A stretch of DNA of 64,000 bases. Origin: Squalus acanthias. Its lineage: Eukaryota. Each line of letters begins with the position of its first letter. Position 1 is the stretch's first letter. Below, in pieces: positions 63,620 through 64,000 of this stretch. A model generated the notes under the pieces. The model worked only from the letters and a program-made list of their open reading frames with translations, did not search any database and was not told the origin of the DNA. The position numbers and the translations under genes were made by a program. The stretch covers positions 14,136,001 through 14,200,000 of the forward strand of contig CM059446.1 in the NCBI GenBank assembly GCA_030390025.1. The letters run 5' to 3'.

Positions 63620-63862
63620 TAACAACAGAAAACGCTGGAAAAACTCAGCAGGCCAGGCAGCATCCGTAGAGAGAGAAAGAGAGTTGACGTTTCAGGTCGA
63701 TGACCTTTCATCAGAACTGGGAAGAGCTGGAAATCAAATAGATTTAAGGCCAGGGTAAAGCTGGGAAAAGGGGGAGGGGATAAAGGAACAAAGGAGGAGA
63801 TGAAGAGACATTAAGAGACATTAAGAGATATGCAAGGCTAGAGGTGGTGTTAATGTGACAGG
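63620..63862 (-). mobile_element. Penelope-like remnant containing a hammerhead motif
   Basis: Homologous to 2410-2694; exact 13-bp TSD TGTTAATCAGGCT at 63607-63619 and 63863-63875. Confidence 0.82.
63682..63718 (-). ncRNA. Minimal type I hammerhead ribozyme motif with a GUC cleavage triplet
   Basis: Minus strand reads AGTT-CTGATGA-AAGGTC(ATC)GACCT-GAAA-CG-TC-AACT. Confidence 0.7.
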
Positions 63863-64000
63863 TGTTAATCAGGCTGAGAGTCCTACCACTACTATTCTCC
63901 AAGGGAAGAGTGTGATTACGAGAACAACAACAACCAGTGCTATAGTTGTATGCCAGATGAGTAATGATTTAGATGTATGTTAAATGGAAACTGAAGAATT

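Overview
This is vertebrate genomic DNA, most likely a cartilaginous fish (shark) judging by its SacSINE1/Deu-type SINEs, LF-SINE-like copies and shark-type Penelope and CR1 repeats. The window appears to lie entirely inside LRMDA (C10orf11) on the minus strand. Three internal coding exons (25485-25359, 24193-24054, 7877-7751) splice in frame, and the first two are joined by a minor-spliceosome (U12) AT-AC intron. The rest is intronic: SINEs, CR1/L2 LINE fragments, Penelope-like inserts with 12-14 bp target-site duplications and minimal hammerhead ribozyme motifs, Harbinger-like and Tc1/pogo-like MITEs, a decayed DIRS element, a G-rich minisatellite, a 156-nt N gap and TE-poor candidate enhancer blocks. 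The most notable items are a candidate recursive splice site (TAG|GTAAGA at 31269/31268), a four-copy ~800-bp MITE with a covarying array of TGACAG hairpins and clustered splice sites, a perfect 134-bp palindrome, and the AT-AC intron. Nearly all ORFs in the supplied track are spurious or TE-derived. All calls were made by eye, with family names from recall and no database search; repeat boundaries are approximate unless a TSD is quoted.
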